Below are positions 27,650 through 36,153 of a stretch of DNA of 64,000 nucleotides, one piece after another. The notes under the pieces were generated by a model, which searched no databases, had not been told where the DNA came from, and saw only the letters and a program-made list of their open reading frames with translations. The stretch is from Syntrophaceae bacterium. GTDB taxonomy: Bacteria; Desulfobacterota; Syntrophia; Syntrophales; UBA2185. The stretch is taken from the NCBI GenBank assembly GCA_003153775.1, contig PMBI01000094.1, positions 70,959 to 134,958 of the forward strand. The letters run 5' to 3'. The translations under genes were made by a program, and so were the position numbers. Position 1 is the stretch's first letter. The number at the start of each line of letters is the position of its first letter.

Positions 27650-28234
27650 ATGGACAGCATAGCAAATTTCTTGTTCGAGGTGGGCATGTTAAAAAAGACC
27701 CCGAGAACGGGCTTCAGGTTCTTGGGCTCCGGCTGCGAATCCGTGGCTGAACATATTCTGCGAACGATATTTATCGGCTATGCCTTAAGTAAGCTTGAAC
27801 CTGGTCTCGACGAATTGAAGGTGCTGAAGATATGCCTAGTCCATGACCTTCCCGAAGCCAGAACCGGCGACATGAATTACATGTACAAGAAATATGTCAC
27901 CGTGCATGAGGAAAAGGCCGTACGGGAACTCACGCAAACGTTGTTCTTCGGTGATGATATTAAGTCAGTCATCGACGAATTTAACGAGAAGAAGACGAGA
28001 GAGGCTCTCATTGCGCACGATGCCGACCAGCTTGCTCTAATTCTCCAGCTGAAAGAATGCGGCGACCTTGGCAACAAATACACCGATGAATGGATTGAAT
28101 TTGCGAGAAGGCGACTTCATACTGAAACTGCGAAAAAACTGGCACTCAGCATCATTAAGACGGATTCCTCCGAGTGGTGGTTCAAAGACAAGAGCGATTG
28201 GTGGGTGAATGGTTGCAGCGCCGATAATGAATAG
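27650..28234 (+). CDS. HD-domain phosphohydrolase (YfbR-like 5'-deoxynucleotidase family)
   Basis: ESVAEHILRTIFIGYAL ... LVHDLPEARTGDMNY ... AHDADQLALIL is the H..HD..D metal-binding pattern of HD_3/YfbR-type enzymes. Confidence 0.8.
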   Translation: MDSIANFLFEVGMLKKTPRTGFRFLGSGCESVAEHILRTIFIGYALSKLEPGLDELKVLKICLVHDLPEARTGDMNYMYKKYVTVHEEKAVRELTQTLFFGDDIKSVIDEFNEKKTREALIAHDADQLALILQLKECGDLGNKYTDEWIEFARRRLHTETAKKLALSIIKTDSSEWWFKDKSDWWVNGCSADNE

Positions 28235-28249
28235 GAATGATGACCTCTT

Positions 28250-28650
28250 TTAGATGTCAGCTTGAACGCCGTCCGAGACCAAATCCGGACAATCTAATCT
28301 CTTCACGACATAATAAGTATCGGCACGTCGCCTACTACCCAACCCCCAGTTGAAGGCGTGCCCGGCATGGCATCTTATTGCGGCGGGCGCGATCGCGCAC
28401 CGATCGGATCGGGAAGTGCGTGTGGCTACAGGATGCGCGCCTATCAGAATGTCTATCGGTTCAGTATTCCCCTCAAAGATAAAGTGGCGTCGTAATATTA
28501 ACGGAGAGGTCTGTCCCTCGGACAAGGTCTCACGACAGGGAATTCTTTCAAGCTCTCAGCCCTGGGCTGGAAAATGGGATTTCGTGAGGCGCCGGCTTCA
28601 CATTTCTGCAGCCTCTCTTAGCCTTTACACCGATCGTTGGATTCTGTTCT
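28250..28650. other. ORF-free, hairpin-dense region; candidate structured ncRNA or REP-like cluster, family unknown
   Basis: No plausible ORF or RBS in six frames. Helices seen: GGCAC..GCCT / AGGC..GTGCC (28322-28362), GGCGCG/CGCGCC (28386-28441), TGTCC-CTC-GGACA (28512-24), CTCACGA/TCGTGAG (28530-88). Palindromes GCGCGATCGCGC and CCGATCGG. Confidence 0.3.
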
Positions 28651-28654
28651 CTGC

Positions 28655-28683
28655 TTGACAGTAGTGCAAAAATACCCTACATT
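28655..28683 (+). promoter_or_regulatory. Candidate sigma-70 promoter of the GerMN gene
   Basis: TTGACA (28655-60), 17-nt spacer, TACATT (28678-83). Confidence 0.45.
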
Positions 28684-28719
28684 ATCGCCGCTTTTAGTAA
28701 TTCAGGAGAAGATTTAACC

Positions 28720-29337
28720 ATGGCCACAAAGAAAAAGAGAAGAACGGATGAGATAAAGGGAAAGAAAAATAAGAAGCGCATGAAGAAGTCTATTCTTTTT
28801 TTGATTATCACTACGGTTGTGGCGTGTCTCATACTTTTCTTCGTAATCACTTTCGAGTATGTGTTCCCGCCAACCAGGGATAACGCCGCAAGGAAGGAAA
28901 AACAAGAGGTTGTACTATACTTTTCCGACGCGAATGAGCGGTTTTTAGTTCCGGAAAAGAGGTATATTCCCAAGGAAGAGAATGACCAAGCCAAGGCCGG
29001 GGAATTGGTAAAGGCTTTGCTCGAAGGTTCTAAGACAAAGCTTGTAAGGACCTTCCCGGAAGGCGTAGCGCTCGACAATGTCAGAATAGACGATAAACAA
29101 ACCGCTTATGTGAGCTTTGACAAGAATCTTGTCAAACAACATCCCGGCGGCAGTACCAGCGAAATGGCGACAATATATTCGCTGACCAATACCCTGATGC
29201 GCAACATCAACGGCATCAAGAGGGTGAAGTTATTGATAGACGGGAAGGAAGTGGAGTCTATCAAAGGGCATATTGATACGAGGCAGCCGTTTACCATGAA
29301 TAAGGACCTGTTGGCGCCGGGTGCAAAAGAAGGGTAA
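28720..29337 (+). CDS. GerMN-domain membrane-anchored protein
   Basis: Lys-rich N-terminus, one TM, then VVLYFSDANERFLVPEKRYIP...ELVKALLEG...IYSLTNTL..INGIKRVKLLIDG, typical of the GerM/GerMN (sporulation/germination-like) domain. Confidence 0.75.
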   Translation: MATKKKRRTDEIKGKKNKKRMKKSILFLIITTVVACLILFFVITFEYVFPPTRDNAARKEKQEVVLYFSDANERFLVPEKRYIPKEENDQAKAGELVKALLEGSKTKLVRTFPEGVALDNVRIDDKQTAYVSFDKNLVKQHPGGSTSEMATIYSLTNTLMRNINGIKRVKLLIDGKEVESIKGHIDTRQPFTMNKDLLAPGAKEG

Positions 29338-29371
29338 TGCACGATACAGGGATTCACTCTCAGGTTGGCCC

Positions 29372-31405
29372 ATGGCTTCAAAAAAGAAACTTTCAAGAAC
29401 AAGAAATATCGGTGTGGTGGCCCATATAGATGCAGGCAAGACCACTGTCACCGAAAGAATACTCTTCTACACAGGGATATTGTACAAGATGGGAGAGGTT
29501 CATGACGGCGAAGCCGCAATGGACTGGATGCCGCAAGAGCAGGAGAGAGGAATAACGATTAGTTCCGCTGTTACGGCCTGCACCTGGGAGAATCATGATA
29601 TCCAGATAATTGATACTCCGGGTCATGTGGATTTTACCATGGAGGTTGAACGGTGCCTGAGAGTTCTCGATGGGACGTTAGTCGTGTTTTGCGCCGTTGG
29701 CGGTGTTGAACCACAATCAGAAACAGTCTGGCACCAGGCGGATAAATATGGCGTCCCCAAAATAGCTTTTATCAATAAGATGGACAGGGTCGGCGCTGAT
29801 TATTTCGGTACCGTCAAGATGATGGGTGAAAGGTTTAATTCAATACCGTTACCGATACAGATACCTCTCGGTGAGGAAGATCAGTTCAGGGGCATCATAG
29901 ACCTGATCAGACAGAAGGCGGTCACCTGGGATGACAGCACGCTCGGGTCGTCTTATTCGGTGTCAGATATTCCATCTGACATTCTTTCGCAGGCCAAAGA
30001 GCATCGTGAGAAACTGATTGAATCACTCGCCGAGATGGATGATCACATTGCGGAGAACTATCTGGAAGGAGCAGTCGTTTCGGAAAAAGAAATGATAAGA
30101 GCCATCAGGCAGGCGACGATCTCTCTAAAGGCTGTTCCCGTAATGTGCGGCTCCGCCTTGAGAAATAAGGGCATTCAGCCGATACTTGATTCTATCGTTC
30201 ATTTTCTTCCTTCGCCGGATGATATCCCTCCCGTTAGGGGTCTCAATCCTGTGACGAAGAAGGAAGAGGTGCGATACAGCCGTGAAGATGAGCCCCTTGC
30301 GGCCCTCGCGTTCAAGATCAGGCAGGATGAAGGCAGAAAACTGACGTATCTGAGGATTTATTCGGGTCTCATAAAGGTGGGCGATGCCGTGTTTAATGCC
30401 AGCATCGGGAAAAGGGAAAAAATTGCGCGACTATTGAAGATGCACGCCAATAAACGGGAAAGAATCGAAAGGTGCGGCGCCGGAGATATCGTTGCCGTTC
30501 TGGGTCTCAAGGATACGACGACGGGAAATACGATCTGCGATGAATCCCATCCGATTCTTCTCGAACCTATTGAGTTTTATAAACCCGTCATAAGCCAGGC
30601 CATAGAGGCCAAGACGCCGGCTGATCAGGAAAAACTGACAGTCGCGCTGGCCAAGCTTATAGAAGAAGATCCCACAATTGAGGTGAAGTATAATGATGAG
30701 ACCGCTCAAACCGTAATTTCGGGCATGGGCGAGCTTCACCTGGAAATCGTCATCGACAGATTGAAAAGAGATTTCGGCGCCCATGTTAATGTCGGTAAAC
30801 CGCGAGTTGTGTATCGGGAAACAATTCAAAAGAAAGCAGAAATCGAAGGACTCTTTGAAAAGGAACTTGGCGAAAAAAAACATTTTGGCCATGTTCGTCT
30901 GTTGCTTGAACCGAGGGGCAGGGGAGAGGGTAACGAAATTGTCATACAGACCGCCGATACTGCAATACCGGAAGAATTCCATATCGCCATCCGTGAAGGC
31001 ATTGAAGAAGCGACCCTCAGCGGTATAACTAAGGGTTACCCGATCGTGGATATCAGGGTAACAGTGACCGGGGGATCACTTAAAGAAGGGGAATCTACGA
31101 CGCTCGGGTATAAGATAGCGGCGTCATCCGCTGTCAGAAATGGTTGTTTGCAGGCGGATCCGATACTGCTTGAGCCGATCATGATGGTAGATGTCATCGT
31201 GCCCGGAGAATTCATGGGAGAAGTAATCGGGGATATAAATGCAAGAGGCGGAGAAATTCAAGCCATCGCGCCAAAGGGAACGATAAGTGAGGTCAGGGGC
31301 AAGGTACCCCTGAGGGAGATGTTTGGATATTCAACGGACCTGCGTTCCGCAACTCAGGGCAGGGCCACTTTCTCCATGCGATTCTTTGAATACGGGAAGA
31401 ATTGA
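29372..31405 (+). CDS. fusA: Elongation factor G paralog (not in a str operon)
   Basis: NIGVVAHIDAGKTT, DTPGHVDF and NKMD GTPase motifs plus EF-G domains II-V. ATG 29372 is preferred over 29321. Confidence 0.9.
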   Translation: MASKKKLSRTRNIGVVAHIDAGKTTVTERILFYTGILYKMGEVHDGEAAMDWMPQEQERGITISSAVTACTWENHDIQIIDTPGHVDFTMEVERCLRVLDGTLVVFCAVGGVEPQSETVWHQADKYGVPKIAFINKMDRVGADYFGTVKMMGERFNSIPLPIQIPLGEEDQFRGIIDLIRQKAVTWDDSTLGSSYSVSDIPSDILSQAKEHREKLIESLAEMDDHIAENYLEGAVVSEKEMIRAIRQATISLKAVPVMCGSALRNKGIQPILDSIVHFLPSPDDIPPVRGLNPVTKKEEVRYSREDEPLAALAFKIRQDEGRKLTYLRIYSGLIKVGDAVFNASIGKREKIARLLKMHANKRERIERCGAGDIVAVLGLKDTTTGNTICDESHPILLEPIEFYKPVISQAIEAKTPADQEKLTVALAKLIEEDPTIEVKYNDETAQTVISGMGELHLEIVIDRLKRDFGAHVNVGKPRVVYRETIQKKAEIEGLFEKELGEKKHFGHVRLLLEPRGRGEGNEIVIQTADTAIPEEFHIAIREGIEEATLSGITKGYPIVDIRVTVTGGSLKEGESTTLGYKIAASSAVRNGCLQADPILLEPIMMVDVIVPGEFMGEVIGDINARGGEIQAIAPKGTISEVRGKVPLREMFGYSTDLRSATQGRATFSMRFFEYGKN

Positions 31406-31491
31406 TTTATTATCCATGGATGATATTATTGAGTATTCCATACCGAGGGAAACGTAGCTGACCGGGTGCAGCGTAATTATCTGAGCAACAT

Positions 31492-32661
31492 ATGGCGATG
31501 ATCTTGAAGTTCATGAAAGGATTGTACCGGGAGCGCTTTGTTCAGATCGCCACTGTCATCCTGAGTGTTATCTTCATCAGTGCAACCAGCGTCTATTATT
31601 TTGAACGTGCCGGCGAAGAATCCACCATTCGTTCTTTATGGGATGGAGTCTGGTGGGCAGTAGTAACCATGGGCACTGTCGGTTATGGCGACATATATCC
31701 CGTGACGGCGGGCGGAAGAGCGGTCGGGTTGATACTCATCTTTGCAGGTGTGGGATTGATGTCCCTTTTCACGGCAACCATCGCCTCCATATTTGTTGAA
31801 CGGAAGATTAAGGAGGGAAAAGGCTTGGAAACTGTCAAGGAGAAAGACCACATTGTTCTATGCGGCTGGAATCAGCATACTGAAGAAGTCCTCCAGGTGC
31901 TGACGACATACGGCTCCATGAAAGATACGCCCATCATCCTGATAAATGAACTTCCGGTTGACGATGTAGATTCCCTCAAGCTCAAATATGACAAATACAA
32001 TCTTAAATTTCTCAGAGGTAATTACGTTCATGAAGACGTTCTTTCGAGGGCCAATATAACTAAGGCCGCCTTTGCCTTAATAATGGCAGACACATCAGGA
32101 AGCCATCCGCATGAGCGGATCGATGAAAGAACAACCCTTGCCGCCTTGACAATCAAGTCTATAGCACCCAACGTTAAGACCGTTGCCGAGCTTCTCGATA
32201 GTGAAAACAAGCAGCATTTAAAACGGGCAAATGTTGATGAAATCGTTATCAGAGGCGAACATGTGGGTTCGCTGCTCGCCAGTGCGATTAATTCCCCAGG
32301 TCTCCCCAAGATATTTTCGAGCATGCTGTCTACGGGCGGCACCAACAAATTGTTGCGGGCAGAAATCCCCCGAAGTTTTGTCGGCAGCACATTTAAGGAA
32401 CTGTCGTCATTTTACAGGGAAGAACAGCACGCTATCCTGATAGGTGTCCTGACGGAAAAGAAGGCAATGAAGCTGGCGGATATTTTATCGGATGATACAT
32501 CCATTATTGATACCTTTATCAAGGACAAGATAAGGGAATCAAAAAAAGATTTTTTTTATAAGAAAGAAGAGACGCAATTCATCTTAAATCCTGACGATGG
32601 ATATATCATCAAAGACGGCCAATTTGCCGTCATACTTTCGAGGGCAATGCCGGCGAGATGA
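31492..32661 (+). CDS. Two-TM K+ channel with cytoplasmic RCK/TrkA-N domain (MthK-like)
   Basis: Selectivity filter TVGYGD (VVTMGTVGYGDIYP) between two TM helices, then a Rossmann-like IVLCGWNQHTEEV RCK domain. Confidence 0.85.
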   Translation: MAMILKFMKGLYRERFVQIATVILSVIFISATSVYYFERAGEESTIRSLWDGVWWAVVTMGTVGYGDIYPVTAGGRAVGLILIFAGVGLMSLFTATIASIFVERKIKEGKGLETVKEKDHIVLCGWNQHTEEVLQVLTTYGSMKDTPIILINELPVDDVDSLKLKYDKYNLKFLRGNYVHEDVLSRANITKAAFALIMADTSGSHPHERIDERTTLAALTIKSIAPNVKTVAELLDSENKQHLKRANVDEIVIRGEHVGSLLASAINSPGLPKIFSSMLSTGGTNKLLRAEIPRSFVGSTFKELSSFYREEQHAILIGVLTEKKAMKLADILSDDTSIIDTFIKDKIRESKKDFFYKKEETQFILNPDDGYIIKDGQFAVILSRAMPAR

Positions 32662-32770
32662 AGTGATGAGAAAGAGTCTCTCATGCGTCTCGCATAGGAG
32701 GCTCCGAAAGTTTCTGGGACATAGTAGATGCTGCAAGACCGGCAGAGGTTTATGCTTGGAGGGATGATTG

Positions 32771-33280
32771 ATGGATAAGGATATTGCTGCATTGATGGAT
32801 ATTGCCCTTTTTAAGAACCTGGCTCCGGAAAAAATCCAAAGCGTTATGCATATCCTGCGTAAAGTCACCTTTTCGGCCAATGAAATCATCATGAGAGAGG
32901 GCGATATCGGAGACACGATGTATATTATTCTGGACGGCACCGTCGAGATCGCAAAGAGTCTTATTCTGGACGATGCAGATAATGAGGAGTCGGGGAAGAA
33001 CAAGGTCTTTACGAGGCTTGACGGCAAACAACATGCGGTCTTCGGGGAGATGGCGCTCCTTGAGGAACTGAGAAGGACCGCCTCTGTAAGGGCGGTTACG
33101 GATTGCGTTATGTATGAAATGAAGAAGGATGACTTCTTGAAGGTTGCTGAAGAGGACCATGAACTTGGCTACCGTATACTGTTGAATCTGGGGCGGATTG
33201 TGAGTGCAAGATTAAGGAGAGCGGATGAGGACACAGTAAAGCTTACGACAGCCCTCAGCATCATGTTGCACGAGGCATAA
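32771..33280 (+). CDS. Stand-alone cyclic-nucleotide-binding (CAP_ED) domain protein
   Basis: FGEMALLEELRRTASVRA phosphate-binding cassette. GGAGGG RBS 8 nt before ATG 32771. Confidence 0.85.
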   Translation: MDKDIAALMDIALFKNLAPEKIQSVMHILRKVTFSANEIIMREGDIGDTMYIILDGTVEIAKSLILDDADNEESGKNKVFTRLDGKQHAVFGEMALLEELRRTASVRAVTDCVMYEMKKDDFLKVAEEDHELGYRILLNLGRIVSARLRRADEDTVKLTTALSIMLHEA

Positions 33281-33296
33281 TTGTTCTGGAAAGGGA

Positions 33297-35447
33297 ATGA
33301 TTTTTACAATGGCAAGAATAAATGATGATGAAGATTTCCACAACGAAGCATCCAACCCACCTCTGCTTGACAAGGATAAATTGCTGAAGAGTATTTTTCG
33401 GATAAGTACTTTTCTTACGGCTCCCTCCAATGTGGATGAAATACTATCCAAAATTTTGGATGAAGTTGTCGATACCATGGGTTTCGACATGGGGATAATC
33501 AGGCTTCTTGATGAGACAAAGCAGTATCTGGAAACGAAGGTCGTAAAAAACTACAGCCCTGAAGAGACGGAGAGGGCATTTTCCGTTGCCCTGAATATCT
33601 ACGAACATGATTGTCTGTCGACAAAGGTGGCAAAATCAGGCCAGGTCATTGCCATCGAGGATGCGGCGACTGATCCGAGAATCACGGAAACTGATCGCTT
33701 GCTGACGAAGATTCTCAGTAAGGGCTCCATTGTATGTGTGCCCCTCAGGATAGGCGATGATGTCATTGGGACAATAGCGGCATGGTGCAAAGAGAAAACA
33801 AAATTTTTCACCGAGGAAATCAGCCTCTTTTTGACATTTGCCAGTCAGATGAGCATTGTAATCCACAACACCCGGCTCTTTGAGACAAATGCGGAGAAGA
33901 TCCGTCAGTTAATGATTCTTCAGGAAGCTGTTTCGGAGATAAATTTGAGTCGCGTCCTCGATAACCGCATACTCGACATCCTCAATAAGAGTGCGCTGAA
34001 AATTGCGGGCGCCGACAGAGTGCTCGTATATTTCCTGGACATCGAAAAGGATCGATGTCTCGTCACGGATGGCGGCAAAGTGTTCATCGAGGATAGAAAG
34101 GCCTATGATGGGATGATAGGCAAGAGCATCATTAATCAGGCAATGGACAATAATAGTATTGTCGTCAAGCGCGAATCTGATGAACGGTCTCTAACCCTCC
34201 TGCCCGTTTATGATGGTTTCTCATCGGAAATAGCATTTCCCCTTCATATTAAAGACAAGTTTAAAGGGGCGCTGTATCTCGCGAAGCGGACAGGCACCTA
34301 CTCAGAGGATCAAATCAATATCCTGGATATACTCGTTAAGAATGCAGTCACGTCATATGACAACGTTATTATGCATTCCATGCTTTCACTTGAAGCGGAG
34401 TCCCTCAAGACGGAAGTTGAGAAACTGAAGGAGAGGGAAGATATTCTCTTAGGCTTTCATAATATTCTCGGTAAATCAAAGAAGATGATCGGTATCTTCC
34501 ACGTGATTGAGGAAGTGGCGTCACACAATACAAACATATTGATTCAGGGCGAAAGCGGCACCGGCAAGGAATTGATTGCCCGCGCCATTCACAGGCAGAG
34601 CAACAGGTCGCCCAGGCCCTTCGTCGATGTTAATTGCGCTGCTATTCCAGGGACGCTATTAGAAAGTGAACTGTTTGGATATGAGCCGGGAGCCTTTACC
34701 GATGCACGCAAGAAGAAAATAGGTCTTCTCGAATATGCCAATGGAGGCACGCTGCTGCTTGATGAGGTTGGAAATATGAGCATCCAGCTGCAGGTAAAAT
34801 TTCTGCGCATGCTGGAAAATTGTTATGTGAGGCGCCTTGGCGGAACGGAAAATATACCCATCGATGTGAGGTTCATTTTTTCAACGAATATGGATCTTGC
34901 CAAGATGGTCAGTGAAGGGTCGTTTCGCGAAGACCTTTTTTACAGAATAAGAGTGGTTCCTATTGTTATCCCGCCGCTCCGTGAAAGACCGGATGATATA
35001 CTCCTCCTGGCAAGGCACTATATAGAAGAATTTAATAGGAAGTTCAGCAAGAAAGTGAAGGGGTTCAGTAAAGAGGCAGAGCTGATTTTGAAGGCCTATA
35101 CTTGGCCGGGGAATGTAAGGGAGTTGAAGAACATAATTGAGCGGGTCATGATCCTGCAGAAATTCGGCAGTGTCCTTTCGCCGGAGGACCTTCCAGCAGA
35201 AATAAAGGTGGTTCCCAATTATAAATACCTCAAAGTTGAGATTGAAAAGTTTCTTCCTACTCTTTCGTCCGGTGAAATAGATTACACATTGGTGACACAG
35301 AAAATTATGAGCGACATTAAAGAGAAAATCCTTGAAAATGCCCTCGAAATAAGCGGCGGAAACAAGACTGCCGCGGCCAGGCATTTAAGCATTTCTCGTT
35401 ACAAATTCATCAGAGAACGAAAGAAGATTGATAAGCATATCAATTGA
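33297..35447 (+). CDS. Sigma-54-dependent transcriptional activator (GAF-GAF-AAA+-HTH)
   Basis: Two N-terminal GAF-like regions. AAA+ core: Walker A GESGTGKE, the GAFTGA-loop variant GAFTDA, Walker B LLLDEVG, ELKN. C-terminal Fis-type HTH (GGNKTAAARHLSISRYKF). Confidence 0.9.
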   Translation: MIFTMARINDDEDFHNEASNPPLLDKDKLLKSIFRISTFLTAPSNVDEILSKILDEVVDTMGFDMGIIRLLDETKQYLETKVVKNYSPEETERAFSVALNIYEHDCLSTKVAKSGQVIAIEDAATDPRITETDRLLTKILSKGSIVCVPLRIGDDVIGTIAAWCKEKTKFFTEEISLFLTFASQMSIVIHNTRLFETNAEKIRQLMILQEAVSEINLSRVLDNRILDILNKSALKIAGADRVLVYFLDIEKDRCLVTDGGKVFIEDRKAYDGMIGKSIINQAMDNNSIVVKRESDERSLTLLPVYDGFSSEIAFPLHIKDKFKGALYLAKRTGTYSEDQINILDILVKNAVTSYDNVIMHSMLSLEAESLKTEVEKLKEREDILLGFHNILGKSKKMIGIFHVIEEVASHNTNILIQGESGTGKELIARAIHRQSNRSPRPFVDVNCAAIPGTLLESELFGYEPGAFTDARKKKIGLLEYANGGTLLLDEVGNMSIQLQVKFLRMLENCYVRRLGGTENIPIDVRFIFSTNMDLAKMVSEGSFREDLFYRIRVVPIVIPPLRERPDDILLLARHYIEEFNRKFSKKVKGFSKEAELILKAYTWPGNVRELKNIIERVMILQKFGSVLSPEDLPAEIKVVPNYKYLKVEIEKFLPTLSSGEIDYTLVTQKIMSDIKEKILENALEISGGNKTAAARHLSISRYKFIRERKKIDKHIN

Positions 35448-35459
35448 TGACATGCGGCA

Positions 35460-35489
35460 TATCGTGCCAATGCAGCACGATACGTGCTG
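35460..35489. promoter_or_regulatory. Overlapping dyad symmetries, candidate activator-binding site (UAS 1)
   Basis: TATCGTGC (35460-67) pairs with GCACGATA (35475-82). CAGCACG (35473-79) pairs with CGTGCTG (35483-89). Confidence 0.3.
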
Positions 35490-35550
35490 TATATGCACAA
35501 TTACCGAACCATGCGATATCTTAGAATTAGTTCATTTGCGGACAAATATA

Positions 35551-35569
35551 TTGTGCTCTTAGCGCACAA
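35551..35569. promoter_or_regulatory. 19-bp dyad, candidate activator-binding site (UAS 2)
   Basis: TTGTGCTCT-T-AGCGCACAA; 8 of 9 arm positions are complementary. Confidence 0.3.
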
Positions 35570-35654
35570 ATAATTCTCGGAAATATTCGTCAAATCCTTT
35601 CTTCTTAAGATAATCGCTTCATTTCAAAAACAGAGCGGCCCTTACTGTAATTTG

Positions 35655-35667
35655 TAAATTATTGATT
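35655..35667 (-). promoter_or_regulatory. IHF-consensus-like site between the dyads and the sigma-54 promoter
   Basis: The minus strand reads AATCAATAATTTA, matching WATCAANNNNTTR, inside an A/T-rich stretch. Confidence 0.3.
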
Positions 35668-35738
35668 TATAGAACTTATACCCTCATTGCGATTTCCTCG
35701 CTCTAAATTCACACACACAGTTTGCGGCAGCATTAAAG

Positions 35739-35754
35739 TGGCAGCAATTTTGCA
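35739..35754 (+). promoter_or_regulatory. Sigma-54 (-24/-12) promoter
   Basis: TGGCAGCAATTTTGCA against consensus TGGCAC-N5-TTGCA. GG and GC have exact spacing; there is one mismatch (G for C at position 6). Confidence 0.6.
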
Positions 35755-35883
35755 GAAGTAAATTACAACTTGAAGAGACCTCTCGAGAGAGTAAGAAACC
35801 TTTAGGAATCATAGCCGATAGAGCAAGGATGAAAGGTAGATCTCAGGGGTCTCATGAAAATTTATTACAAATATATATATTAG

Positions 35884-36120
35884 ATGAAAAAGGAGGAAGA
35901 ACACAAAGACAAAAATAGAAATCAGGAAGACAATATCCCAGGCGGGAGCTCCGAGCTCGGCGAATTCGGTACTGAGTATGAGTTTTTTATCAGTGATGAT
36001 GCCAGGGTGAAAGAGGAATTATCGGATGGAGCTGATGCGAGGGAGACTGTAAAATGGGCATACGATAGAGATCAAAGCAAAACATTTTTTCTTCCTGATT
36101 TTTTTCCCCACGAAGATTAG
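35884..36120 (+). CDS. 78-aa highly acidic orphan ORF (may instead be part of a noncoding transcript)
   Basis: The only ORF of at least 60 aa downstream of the sigma-54 promoter and before the hairpin at 36154. No SD upstream of the ATG. MKKEEEHKDKNRNQEDN...FFLPDFFPHED. Confidence 0.4.
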   Translation: MKKEEEHKDKNRNQEDNIPGGSSELGEFGTEYEFFISDDARVKEELSDGADARETVKWAYDRDQSKTFFLPDFFPHED

Positions 36121-36153
36121 CTCTCCTTGCGCATGAAATTCTCTAACTTCGAG

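Noticed and set aside
27300-27665. 121-aa minus-strand hydrophobic ORF overlapping the 72-aa ORF, whose C-terminus (IEALRRKLPKIFDS*) seemed conserved with a frame in repeat copy B (IEALLSKLRRSFDS*)
   Set aside because: All five codon differences between the two copies are non-synonymous, and they coincide with hairpin-arm positions. The third copy is frame-shifted. The rest of the ORF is low-complexity. The similarity is better explained by the DNA/RNA repeat than by coding.
28235-28654. RNase P RNA, tmRNA, SRP RNA, or a riboswitch (cobalamin, c-di-GMP, SAM, yybP) in the structured gap
   Set aside because: Neither strand contains the universal GAGGAAAGUCCGGGC / ACAGAAxCCGGCUUA (RNase P) sequences. 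Neither contains a tRNA-like GGxxxGGUUCGAxUCC...CCACCA end with a GGGG 5' partner (tmRNA), the GGAAGCAGCC SRP motif, or the core boxes of the riboswitches I can recall. Most of the region is upstream of the downstream gene's promoter. This was checked by eye only; cmscan is still needed.
28250-28658. ORFs 28250..28525 (minus, 91 aa) and 28350..28658 (plus, 102 aa)
   Set aside because: No RBS. The plus ORF uses a TTG start, has an Arg/Ala/Gly-rich composition that follows the GC palindromes, and overlaps the minus ORF. They look like chance frames in structured DNA.
35945-35972. Cluster of palindromic restriction-site-like sequences (GGAGCTCC, CCGAGCTCGG, GAATTC) inside the 78-aa ORF, superficially like a cloning polylinker
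   Set aside because: Only short fragments resemble vector polylinkers. No contiguous vector sequence flanks it. It is most simply two adjacent short palindromes. I note it only as a possible protein-binding or hairpin site.
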